The notes under the pieces are model-generated. The model worked only from the letters and a program-made list of their open reading frames with translations. It was not told where the DNA came from and searched no databases. DNA of 61,698 nt, the filler included. It is 11 parts of 11 records of this genome, joined end to end, with 100 filler letters (N's around TTAATTAATTAA, not from the genome) between each part and the next. Parts side by side here need not be neighbours in the genome. Positions count along the whole stretch, not along the records: positions 11,905 to 16,844 come from SRR7504441_20368; positions 16,945 to 20,814 come from SRR7504441_20376; positions 20,915 to 25,520 come from SRR7504441_20378; 8 more parts are not named here. One strand, given 5' to 3'. This document shows, one piece after another, positions 11,905-22,490 of the stretch. Numbering within the stretch: position 1 is the stretch's first letter; each line of letters begins with the position of its first letter. A program made the position numbers and the translations under genes.

Positions 11905-13842
11905 CGTCGAGGGCTGATGAGGATGCTTCATGCAAAGCTGGCAGCTGCGTTCGGGACCTGGCGAGACGAGTTTTCGCATTCCAATCAGGAGAACAGGCTT
12001 ATGCGCATTGTTATCTCTCGGTTTTCTCGTAATAGGCTGTACTCTGCATGGAACAAATGGCGCCTTGACGCGGCGCGGATTAAGGAAGAGCTAAGATCCC
12101 TGCTGGATTACGGGTTTCAATCCTATAGTCGCAAACTCGTGGCTGCGTTTACACGCTGGCTTGAGTTGTTGAGGTCTGGAGAGCTGAATACAGATTCAAA
12201 AGCTTATGCAAAAGCTGTGGCAGTATACGTGCGAAGGGCTCAATCCAAGTCGTTTCAGATTTGGATCTCTTGTACCTCTCAGTTGCAGCATAATGCTGCC
12301 ATGATGCATTGTGCTGTTTTGTTTGCAAATCAGCACACGTGTCTTTCCGTTCTCAACACGTGGTGTGGGGAAAGGGAGCTCTCTAGAACGGATCAGATGC
12401 TGATAAAAAATGCCGCCCAGAGATTTGTCAATCGGATGTCATGTCAAGCTATTGTCTGCTGGAGGGAATACTGCAAGGATCGCAAGTATGCCATGCGCGA
12501 GGAGGTTGTTACAAAAATGCGCAATGCGCTTGCAGCCAAGAAAAGACAAGCGCTGGGAGACTGGAGGCGCGAGGCAGAATGGGCTCGAGTGAGTCAACTT
12601 CAGATACCAAAGCTGTGGGGAACGAGTCAGAAAGCTGCAGCGTTTGTAAAGTGGCAAGAGTCAAGGGACAACAAGGCCCTCATAGCCTCAATGATGCGAG
12701 ATGCAACACTCACATATGATGACTATGCACTTTTGTGCGCCAGTCGTCTCTGGCGCCACATCTCACAATTGCAGGCACATCACTCAGCCTGGTATGGCTA
12801 TGCGAAGCAGCGATGGGACACTCTTGAGCTGGCATCCGCGAATCACGCCTGGCATGAGCATGCAGTACTGCGTGGCAATGGCCGTGCTAGCCACCGCAGG
12901 GCCATCATGAGATATCATCATTCAGAGCTCGTGGCAGGGATGAGTTCATGGATGAGAGACTTTGCGAGGAAACTTGGTGGACACATCTCTCACAAACAAG
13001 CCATATCTTTTTGGGAGTTGGGTGGTATGGTCAGGGCTGTCCGACTGTGGCATCACGATGCGGCGGAAACGATCTACACCAGTCGCCTGACAGCCAGGGC
13101 AAATCATGGAATTGAGTATGCAGCAAAGCACCGTGGAATGCGCAAATGGCTGCTAGCTTCCCGTGAGAGCCGTTCTGGTAATGATCTGCTCAGCCTCTAT
13201 CACGACCGCAAAAGAAAGCAAGTCCACGATTCCATTTTGGAAGTACTAGTGGAGAACTTCGAGGATCTGAAGCGTTCGGAGATGAGAATGTCGCAGGCTT
13301 CGGCGCAATATAGGTTCATGAGCGCCCTGCAAGGTCTGCAGAATTGGAGGAGAGTTCTGCGCGAGAAATCCAGAGAAGACGACTTGTACCTTTGGATCGA
13401 AGCACAGTGCGCACACCGGGACCGGCTGTGGGGTGTGCAGAGGCTCAGGCATGGGTTACAGAAACCAGAACCAGGTGCTGGCGGAATGGTCAGGGGACAA
13501 TTTGATAATACACGAATGAGCTCACAACTTCGACGAAGTCTGGCTCTGTCCGCATGGAAAACTGCAGTGATGGAAAGAAAGTACAAACCGCTCTTGGGTG
13601 AAAACAAGCTGCTTCGCAGGGACAAAAAAGAATTGATCGATCGACTCGGGCAGCAGCTAGCAGACAATGCGGATATGTCTGATGAGTTGAAAAGCTTGAA
13701 CACTGCTCTTCAAGCTGAGAAAAAATGGTCGAAGGGTCTCGTCGATGACCACAATGAGATGGCCGCTAAGCTGGATGCCGCTCAAGAGCAAATTGAGGGA
13801 TTAACGAGGCAACTAGCAGCCGCTAGACGATCTCAAAACTAG
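11905..13842 (+). CDS. Sfi1-like centrin-binding repeat protein with C-terminal coiled coil, 5'-partial
   Basis: Periodic [AF]xxW[RK] motifs (AAFGTWR, SAWNKWR, AAFTRW, AIVCWRE, ALGDWRR, AFVKWQ, ALSAWK). Confidence 0.7.
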   Translation, partial: RRGLMRMLHAKLAAAFGTWRDEFSHSNQENRLMRIVISRFSRNRLYSAWNKWRLDAARIKEELRSLLDYGFQSYSRKLVAAFTRWLELLRSGELNTDSKAYAKAVAVYVRRAQSKSFQIWISCTSQLQHNAAMMHCAVLFANQHTCLSVLNTWCGERELSRTDQMLIKNAAQRFVNRMSCQAIVCWREYCKDRKYAMREEVVTKMRNALAAKKRQALGDWRREAEWARVSQLQIPKLWGTSQKAAAFVKWQESRDNKALIASMMRDATLTYDDYALLCASRLWRHISQLQAHHSAWYGYAKQRWDTLELASANHAWHEHAVLRGNGRASHRRAIMRYHHSELVAGMSSWMRDFARKLGGHISHKQAISFWELGGMVRAVRLWHHDAAETIYTSRLTARANHGIEYAAKHRGMRKWLLASRESRSGNDLLSLYHDRKRKQVHDSILEVLVENFEDLKRSEMRMSQASAQYRFMSALQGLQNWRRVLREKSREDDLYLWIEAQCAHRDRLWGVQRLRHGLQKPEPGAGGMVRGQFDNTRMSSQLRRSLALSAWKTAVMERKYKPLLGENKLLRRDKKELIDRLGQQLADNADMSDELKSLNTALQAEKKWSKGLVDDHNEMAAKLDAAQEQIEGLTRQLAAARRSQN

Positions 13843-14297
13843 AATCAATTGAGCAACACATGCTCAGATCTACTACAGATCTACTACAATGTCCACAGAT
13901 GATGCATCTCAGACGGCTCTTGATTAATTACTTGTATAATGTGTGAACCATGCGGGAACTATGCGGGAACGTCTAGGAACTTCGGCAGTTCCAACGTTAC
14001 TACAAAACAACTTTAAAAACACAATCATAATAGCGTGAACAATTAAAACGTACTAACACTAAGCTATTTGTTTTAAGCTGATTTAGGCTTGGCAAGACTG
14101 CTGGTTTGGCTAGGTATTGGCTAGGTTTGGCGTAGCTTCTTGTGTACTGTACACTTGCGACACTTAAGTCTACAGCATGATGAAGTGTCATGCACAATTA
14201 TGATTAAATTATGATCAGCTATGTGACCCAAATAAACTTAAGTTAGTTGAACTCATGGTCGAGCGTCGCACACTGCGCCTTTTTGACATGCGTCCGG

Positions 14298-15056
14298 TTA
14301 CGTCCGGTGGTTGTCTGAACTTATGGCGCATCTCCAATCTCTGCCTAGTTCAAACCTACAGCACAATAAACAATCATGCACATGACAGTTTCATGCACGT
14401 GAACGTTGGAAGCCCTCCTAATTATGCAGGCACGCAGGCACAACCATATGCAATTAAAATACCCGTTAGCCTTGAGCTGGAAGTCAACCATCGCCTGATG
14501 CAGCTCAGCGTGACTACTCATGACAAAAGGCCCATGCTGGCAAATGGGCTTGTCGTGGGGGCTAGACGCAGCTAGGACGAATTCGCATCCATCAGCATCA
14601 GCAGTCACAGCTACTCCGTCCCCGGTTTTGTCAAACGTCACAAGATGACCAGCGCTGGCAACAGTATCGTCGTTGCCAAATTTAGCGGCACCAGCGAGTA
14701 CATAACACAGAACATTGTGACGAGAATTGACCTGCGTGCAGAAGATTAAATCAAGCAACCGGATTTGTTGGCGACTACCGGTTGGTCGAGCTTGCTCGAA
14801 GGCTCCATCCTGCAGAAAATGTGAGGCCGGGTAGACTATCGGCGCAAGCGGTACCTGACGTGCAACAGTGTACAGTCGTTTACCGTCTCCACTGGGGCCG
14901 TCGCTCGACACGACTCGCCACAAAGCACCAACACTTGAACCCCATCCTTGATGCCCCTCGTGTGCGGATTGGCCTCGACCACCTGCGGCCGGCGCTCGAA
15001 TGCGCGCGAGCCCGGAGCAAGACCTGCTCGGCGCGGCGACTGTCCAGCCGGGGCAT
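14298..15056 (-). CDS. Pirin-family protein, apparently C-terminal cupin half only, spliced
   Basis: DGVQVLVLCGESCRATAPVET...NVLCYVLAG...KPICQHGPFVMSSHAELHQAMVDFQLKANG|FELGRDW. Confidence 0.75.
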
Positions 15057-15632
15057 CCTACCCCATGCACCGCCGGCTTCCCGGCTTGTTGTTGTTGCAG
15101 TTGTTGTACATGTTGTGGAACAGTACGTACCTGGTACTTGTAGTGCGTCCTAAAAGAAAAGGGGTGGAACAATGTCTCTCGTGGTTTTTGTTGGGTCACT
15201 CCGCGATTGGTGGCGTCGTAGATTCCCCAATCCCATAGCGAGTTGTTCGGCACGGTCAGTCCAGGGATGTTCAGTTGGCCGCGTGCGGGCACAAGACTCA
15301 TTTCCACTCGCGCTTCCTTTTGGATGAGCGCAGGTCCATCGCCACGTGCTCGTTGTCATTCAGTTCAACAAGCATCCGTGCGTCGAACCCCCTCGGCGCG
15401 ACCCAAAACGGCTCGCGCCACCGGAGACCCCACTCCTTGAAGTTCACCTTCGGACTCGTCGAGCGGCTCGCCCCTCCTCATCTTTGATCTTTCCTTGGAA
15501 ACTTGTTGCCTCGCTGTAACAGACATTAAAAAATAAAGCCAATCCGGTGGCTGGCACCGGATCTCACACGCCGTGGAAGGGTCACAGGCGCCGGAGTACG
15601 GCGCCGCGAGTGGACGCTCTGGGCCTCTCTGA

Positions 15633-16844
15633 ATGGCGCCCGTCTTTATCTCGCTCCGATTCGGCGAAGTACGCGACCGACCGGCCGGTGTTGCTCATCG
15701 GGGGGCAGGCCATCGAGGCCGCCAAATCCCTGCGCGCCGAGCTACTGAGCAAGTACGGTATCGAGGTGAGCCGTAGGCTGGAATACGGGCCGAAGTACGG
15801 GCAGGCGCTGCTGTGCGAGGTGCCCGAGGGCCAGAACATCAAAGAGGTGGTGGTTGATGGGCTGGACGGCTGCGAGCTCGCCGTGCTCCTGGGCACCAAG
15901 ACATACGGGACAAAGACCGTGAGCTTCTCCACCTACGAGGAGATGGAGTTCGTGATCGCGGAGGGCAAGCCGTTCTTCCTGGTCAAAATGTGCGACCGCT
16001 TCGAGCAGGCTGCCACTCGGTTCAACTTCAGGGACTCCATGAGGTGCCTCCGCCCGCGCTCAACCTGCTGACTGCGCGCAGTTACTTCCAGTGGATCCCC
16101 CAAACGCGCGCGGAGACGCCGCCAGCAGCATTGCTCGCTAATATTGCCTCGAGGCTCTCTCGGTGCCAGAGGGCCATGCAGCCGCCACCCGTGGTTGAGC
16201 CACCCGCCCCAGCTGTCGGGCGAGGGGAGTACGCAAATCTGAACGAGCATTTCGATATCATATTGAGCTACCGGGGTGAAGTCGAGCAACAGATGCTAAA
16301 ACTGGCCTCGGCCCTTCAATCCCAGTTCGGGGCTCGCGCGGTGGTACACGGACTGATGTGCAGGCCCGGGCAACCGTGGGACGCCGGCTACTTTACTTGG
16401 AACAAGCACGCTAAGGTGCGGCTCATGCTGATCTCTGAGGGGTATTTCCAAAGCGCCGCGTGCAAGCTCGAATTCAAGGCCGCCTGCAACCAAGTGCCCG
16501 ATCCGAGGGCCACCGACCAAGCGGTGATACCGGTGATACTCAGGCGGCTGCCATGGGAGTACCCGGCTGCCGATCCTCACTGCCCCGAGGACCTCAAAGT
16601 TCAGCTCGATCAGCGCAACTGCTTCCCCCGGCCCGAGGCCGGCGGGCTGATCGATAACTCCGGCCAGCTCAAGCCAGAGCTGATGCAATCGCTGCTCAAG
16701 CTCATACAAAGTTACGGCCTGGCGATCCAAGAAGACCCAGCCTGTGACAGCCCGTCTTCTGGCGCCGGACCGGACAAGCAACTCGCACCAGCGAAGGAGC
16801 CGTCCGCCCCGACCGAGCGGCCGTCTGCGCCAGATAAGCAGCCA
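15633..16844 (+). CDS. Tandem TIR-domain protein, 3 introns, 3'-partial
   Basis: TIR1 MAPVFISLRFGE|AIEAAKSL...LAVLLGTKTYG...STYEEMEF...KPFFLV; TIR2 FDIILSYR...LMLISEGYFQSAACKLEFKAA...VIPVIL. Introns 15669-15708, 15766-15804, 16044-16081. Confidence 0.85.
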
Positions 16845-16944
16845 NNNNNNNNNNNNNNNNNNNNNNNNNNNNNNNNNNNNNNNNNNNNTTAATTAATTAA
16901 NNNNNNNNNNNNNNNNNNNNNNNNNNNNNNNNNNNNNNNNNNNN
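16845..16944. other. Artificial contig linker
   Basis: N-TTAATTAATTAA-N. Confidence 0.99.
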
Positions 16945-19128
16945 CGGGGGGGGGGGGGGGGCCAGCCCAGATCAGGTGCCGCTGGCCGCTCTGGAGCAGT
17001 TTGAGATCCGGGGCGGGCTGTTCGGGCCGGGGCTCGTGTGGTGCGCTCCGGCCAGGCCGGGGCGAGCCTCGGCAGGTGGGACGCGGTCACAGCGACTGTG
17101 TCTGAAAGCCCAACCGGCGAGCAAAGGCTGATTGTCGACGTCTCGCACCGGCGCGGCATGCACGCCGTGGTGTACCTGGCTGCCCAGGCGAGTGCTCGGG
17201 CGCGCTCGGCTCACCCGGTGACAGCACGCCGCGGCGCTAAGCGACCTGCGCGAGCGGTTTGTCTTCCCTGCCAGGCGTGTGGGACTGTTCGCTTTCGCGC
17301 ATCGGTGCCGGCTGCGCCACAGCCCGGGCGAGCTGGGGGGCAGGCCGCATATGGTGACAGTGGCCGGGATGCTCGACCGTCAAGCCGACTGGCGCCGGCA
17401 GGTGGGTAGCGGCGCCCGGGTCGGTGCCAGTGACGGCAGGCGATCGGGCATCGTTGGCGGGTGAGCACAGTGAACAGTATTTACCAGCTGTGCGCCAGCT
17501 ACCCCACGGTGCCGGCCGATCCACTGCCAGCCCAGTCGGGGGCAGTTACTAGCGGTCCCTGCCGAGATCACAGACAGGGTGCTGCTCGCGGCGGCTGAAT
17601 TCAGGACGATGGGTCGCATCCCGACCTTGAGCTGGGCCGATAAGGCTACTGGGGCCGGGCTGTGCAGATCCTCCCAGCCTAAGGTGGCTGCCCAGCCTCG
17701 GCCGCGCTGAGCCGCTGCAGTCGGGGCTGCTGGGCCGGGCGTCGGATCACGACGAGCGAATGCTGGAGGAGATTGGAAAGACTGGAAGTGGCAGCCTGAT
17801 GATCGCAGACTGTCGCCCGCAGGTGAACGCGTACGCCAACGCGATGGCCGGCGGTGAGTCGAGCCTACGCGCGGAAGGGCCGTGAGCCGGCCGCAGGTGG
17901 GTACGAGACTGAGGCCAACTACCCTCACGCAGAGCTCGAATTCTTGGAAATTCCAAACATTCACGCGGTCAGAGCTGCGCACCATAAGCTGCGGCAAGCG
18001 GCTGGGGCCCCGGAGCCGCCGCTGACGCTCGAGGCGGGCGAGTGGACCGGTCTGGTGGGCACAATACTGCTTGCGGCGACACGGGTGGTGCACGCACTGC
18101 ATGTGGCGCAGCGAAGCGTGCTGGTGCACTGCAGCGACGGCTGGGACAGAACCCCTCAGGCAGCGTGCGGCTGGGCGGGCTGACGGGCCGGCAGATAGTT
18201 GGGCTGGCGATGATAATGCTCGACCCGTTCTACAGGACGACCCTCGGGTTCTGCTCACTTGTGCAGAACGAGTGGGTGGTGATGGGACACCAATTCTGGC
18301 GCCGGACTGGACCGGGCTGCCCAGATGTGACCTGGCCCGGCCGGCAAGCCAAAGCGTTTGGCAGGCGGACGACTCGCAGCGCTGCCCGATATTGCTCCAG
18401 TGGCTTGATTGCGTGTGGCAACTGGTACAGCAGAACGGGGCACAATTCGAGTACGGCGAGAGGTTGCTGCTGCTGCTGTATCAAGGGTTTGAGGCTGGCC
18501 AATTCGGTACGTTCCTGTACGACAGCCAGCGGGAGGCCACAGCTATGCAGCAGCCAGGTCAGCTTGCCGGCCAGCAGCAGCTGAGTCGGAGGCAGCCCCA
18601 CCCATCTGGGACTGGCTGCTGTCAGAGCACCCACCCTCACACGAGCCACAGGATTTGGGCACAGGCAAGCCAAAGCGTTCGGCAAGCCGCTAACTAGGCT
18701 CTCAGTAATCTCGGTCGACCCATCGGCAGTGCGGGTCTGGGCAGCGATGCATCTAGAGCGGTGCGGCCGCAAGCCAGGCCAGGGCAAATGGTGGCAGGTG
18801 GGGGGTGGCGCTGGCTGCGGTGCCACCCGAGGTCGCAACAAATAGCCAGGGGCTGCTCCAATCGATGGCTGACAACGGCACCGCGGTGCTTGGCAACGGT
18901 GTCAATCAGCTGTCAGCGATCGGGCAACATCTGGGTTCATTCCTCCAAAAGGTTCACACAATCTACCAAGCAGGAGAGCCGCAACCGTCGTTGCATTTGC
19001 CGTTTGAGGAGGGTCCTTTGAATAGTGTCAAGAACCAAGGTGAAAACCCTACATGTACAGACGGATATACAGATGGACCTGAAGCGGGGAACACTAGTAT
19101 GCATGCACAGCCAGTTACCTTACAATGA
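16945..19128 (+). CDS. Myotubularin-related phosphoinositide 3-phosphatase, spliced, 5'-partial
   Basis: Catalytic VLVHCSDGWDRT; IADCRPQVNAYAN, GGYETEANY, IPNIHAVR, LDPFYRT, EWVVMGHQF, QWLDCVWQL, FGTFLYD. Confidence 0.93.
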
Positions 19129-19531
19129 ATACGAGTAAAAGTATTATACCAGTAGACATACCGCGTGACACTGGAGCCAGTGTGTGATAATAATTCGTAA
19201 CTGATTGTAACATCTATTAGAAGTCGAGTACTTGGGTCATACTTGCCGTCTTGGGTCAGGCGGTCAGCCCCACCCCTTATATGATTATCTACCTATACTA
19301 GATCTACGGTACGAGTACATAACCTATTGATGATTGTAGTATCAATTTTAATTAAAAGATATCTACAAAGTTTGTGATGTCGAAATTTGCTTCCTTGTTC
19401 AAGATTTCGACCTCCTGTGTAATCATGATTGTGTGCTCATGTATATAATTATATTGGAAACTGTGTTGTGTTGTGAACATTGTGTGTGTGATTCGCTGAC
19501 TACTACATGTAACTGGATCTCAGCCACTCAG

Positions 19532-20814
19532 TCAAGCTGCGCTCACGCAGGCTAGCAACGCCTTGAGCTCCTTGAGCGCGTCCTGGGCTCCAACACCTGG
19601 CTTGCCCTTCTGACTCTTGTTCTTGCTTTCAACCTCGAGCTTGCGCTTGGTGATGCTGGTGATCCCCTGCAGACGCTTCTTCACCTCTGGGATTGCCCGT
19701 ACGGCCAACGCGCCCTCTGGTGCAGGGCTGGCGTGCATCCGACGGAGGACCTGCCCACACTGCCTCAGAATAGGCTGGCAGCATCGCTTGCCTTAGTGCA
19801 CGAGGTGAGTATCTGGTGGTTGTCCCGAAAGTTTTGGATCACATCGAGCAACACCTCGCCTGTTGGGGCGCCATCTGCGTGCAGCGCCACAAGAGTGCTT
19901 GGGAAGGCCGACAGATTGCTCACAATGGCAATAGCGTGCCGCAGGAGCTCCTGGTGTGGTTGGCTGCGGTTGCAGTTGTGCATCAGCTCGAGAATGATCC
20001 CGACCCCTCGCTGCTCCACCAACCGAACACAGCAACGCACAGAGAACCGTGTGGTAATCCCTAAGTTGCTTAGCGCATGGATCAAAGGATTGATCTGCCG
20101 TTCGCGCAGCAGGCTCTCGAGCGCTCGGGTAGTCCGTTGCTCGAGTGTGGTGCCCTCTGCCACCTGTTGGCTGACACGCGCCAACTGCACCCGGATGGGT
20201 TGCATCTTGCGCCTGCGCTTGGCATCTGGGTCGTGCTTACGCGACAAATATGACCTGCCATCACCAATCAGCTGGCCGCCTGCAGCCTAAATACCTGAAG
20301 GATGCCTGCAGCGTCACGATGCGAAGAGCTTTGAGCTCAGCATACCGCCGGCCGAGGAGCCCGCGCACAAGAGGCTGGATCACGCTAGCTGCAGCCGATC
20401 GCCAGCTCAGCCGTTGCCTGTAGGAATGAGCAATCACACTAACAGCTTGCTTCATCTTCAAGAAGCGCCGGCGGTCTCTGTACAATCTGACAGCAGCAGA
20501 CAGAGTGCCAAACACCGCCTGGAGCCGGGCTGCTCGAGCACGGCTGAGGAAACCACGGAAGGTGCATTGAATCTTGGTGACTGCGGTGTGTCGGATGGCT
20601 AGGACTGCGCGCCATTTCCGCTGAATCATGCACGCCTTTAGCTGACACCTTTCGGCAAATTGGGCTTGGGCTTGCAACCAAAGCTCAGATCGTACAAAAT
20701 TGCGTGCAGAGAAGGCCCGAACAACACTCTGAAGCAGCAATGTACTGGCCTGCCTCTCGGCCTCCTGCCTCGCAGCCAGTGCTATCTTCCGGCCCAGCAG
20801 CCCTCGGGCCACCC
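19532..20814 (-). CDS. ASPM: Abnormal spindle (ASPM/Asp) homolog, IQ repeats + C-terminal ARM region, 5'-partial
   Basis: Multiple IQ motifs (IQRKWR, IQCTFRG, IQPLVRG, LQASFR) followed by RTTRALESLL...TRFSVRCC...CNRSQPHQELL. Confidence 0.85.
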
Positions 20815-20914
20815 NNNNNNNNNNNNNNNNNNNNNNNNNNNNNNNNNNNNNNNNNNNNTTAATTAATTAANNNNNNNNNNNNNNNNNNNNNNNNNNNNNN
20901 NNNNNNNNNNNNNN
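20815..20914. other. Artificial contig linker
   Basis: N-TTAATTAATTAA-N. Confidence 0.99.
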
Positions 20915-21219
20915 GGGGGGGGAGGGACCTCCGACCGGCCAGCGCAGTGCCGTGCGCTGAGACTTGCGCCGGGCGGCCGACCGGCAACGGCACGAACTCG
21001 GTGGCGGTGAGCAGCGGCTCGTACAGCCGGAGCTGGCCGGACTGGTGCCTGCGACCGGACTCAGGCAGGCCGCGGGGCGGGGCGCCTGGGGAGCCCGAAG
21101 CTGTAGAAGGCGCCGGCTGGGGTGGTGCGGTACGCCAACGGACTGCTCGGATCGGCCCGGCCCACCGTGGTCACCACCCGCACCCGGGCCGGGCTCTCCC
21201 ACTGCTGATACGCGGCCAT
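20915..21219 (-). CDS. Hypothetical protein start, possibly RCC1-repeat, 3'-partial
   Basis: MAAYQQWESPAR...GAFYSFGLPR|HQSGQLRLYEPLL...P after removing a GC-AG intron. Confidence 0.35.
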
Positions 21220-21327
21220 CCTGGCGTCCGTTGATTTTTAACGGTGCCACAACGGCACCCCGGCTCCATAACCGGCAACCGCCGCAACAAACGCCATCAG
21301 CTTCCGCGTCCACACGCAAGCGCCTTG

Positions 21328-22263
21328 ATGGCACTCGCGCGGTACGAGGCTCGGGCGCCGAGCTCTTGCGCGCTCGGCGGGTCGGCATGGCAAGGCAATC
21401 CGGCCAAGCTCGACGAGGTACTTGCTTTTCAAGCCAAACAGCGTCCGGGCGAGACCCTCCTAGCCGAGTTCAGGACCCAGCAACGCCAACGACGGGCCGA
21501 CGCCGCCCGCAACCAGGCCCGCAAGCCCGGCCCGGCGGCGATGCCGCTCGTGGTCCCGGCCGAGACCACCCGCACCCCGGAGAGGCGTCCGGATCCGAGG
21601 CCGAATCTGAGCGGGGGCCGGGACGCCGGGGGGCGGTGGTCCGGGGACCCGGGGCGGCTCGACGAGGTGCTGGCGTTCCAGGCCAAGCAGCGGTCGAGCG
21701 GCGAGCTGCTCGCCGAGTTCAAGGCCGAGTGCCGCAGCCGAGGCTCGTCGGCCCGGCATAGCCCGGCCCTGGCGCCGTCTATGCCCAAGTCGATTCTGGA
21801 GCCTCCAGAGGCCGAACCGCAAGCCTCGGAGGGGTTTCAGGCGGGCAGCTGGGACGGGGACGCGGGCAAGTTGGACCAGGTGCTCGCCTTCCATCTGAAG
21901 CAGCGTGACTCGGACGAGATTCTTCAAGAGTTCAAGTCGCAGAAGAACTCACCATCCCCGTCGCCCCGATCGAGCCCAAGATTCTCGCCTCGGATCTCCC
22001 CGGTCGAGCAGTCGGCGATGCTCTTGGAGCGGGCCTGCCCGAGTCCGTTGGTTGGCGGTCTTAAGGGCGAGCTGACACCCCCAACGAGCCCGAACTCAAA
22101 GAGTCCGAACTCGCCTCTGGGGGTCGGCGGGCAGTGGGAGCGGGACCCGAAGCGGCTGGACGAGGTGCTGGCCTATCAGACCAAGATCCGGCCGACCGAC
22201 GTGCTGATCGCCGAGTTCAAGGCCGAGAAGAAGAAGCAAACTGACAAGAAGACCGGCTGGTGA
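21328..22263 (+). CDS. Hypothetical protein with four ~29-aa repeats, intronless
   Basis: Four copies of WxGDPx[KR]LDEVLAFQxKQRxxxELLAEFK separated by Ser/Pro-rich linkers; first ATG at 21328. Confidence 0.85.
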   Translation: MALARYEARAPSSCALGGSAWQGNPAKLDEVLAFQAKQRPGETLLAEFRTQQRQRRADAARNQARKPGPAAMPLVVPAETTRTPERRPDPRPNLSGGRDAGGRWSGDPGRLDEVLAFQAKQRSSGELLAEFKAECRSRGSSARHSPALAPSMPKSILEPPEAEPQASEGFQAGSWDGDAGKLDQVLAFHLKQRDSDEILQEFKSQKNSPSPSPRSSPRFSPRISPVEQSAMLLERACPSPLVGGLKGELTPPTSPNSKSPNSPLGVGGQWERDPKRLDEVLAYQTKIRPTDVLIAEFKAEKKKQTDKKTGW

Positions 22264-22490
22264 GGCTTGTCGAATGAGTCATGTTACGGTAGATATTTAA
22301 TGATATATATACAACAACGATGTTAATTAGATAAACGGCATACGCGGACACTATGCAATAAAAGATGTCAATCTGTCTATAGTGCTTGCGTAGATTTAAG
22401 TTCTCAACCAATCGTCCGAGCAACGTCAGCGGCTCAAAGCCAATCCAGCAATCGCCCATATCAACACAACCCATAATAAAATAGTCACGG

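Noticed and set aside
15340-15380. Stop-codon reassignment or selenocysteine (in-frame TGAs)
   Set aside because: Conserved genes end in TAA, TAG and TGA and need no readthrough; this stretch is not a recognisable gene
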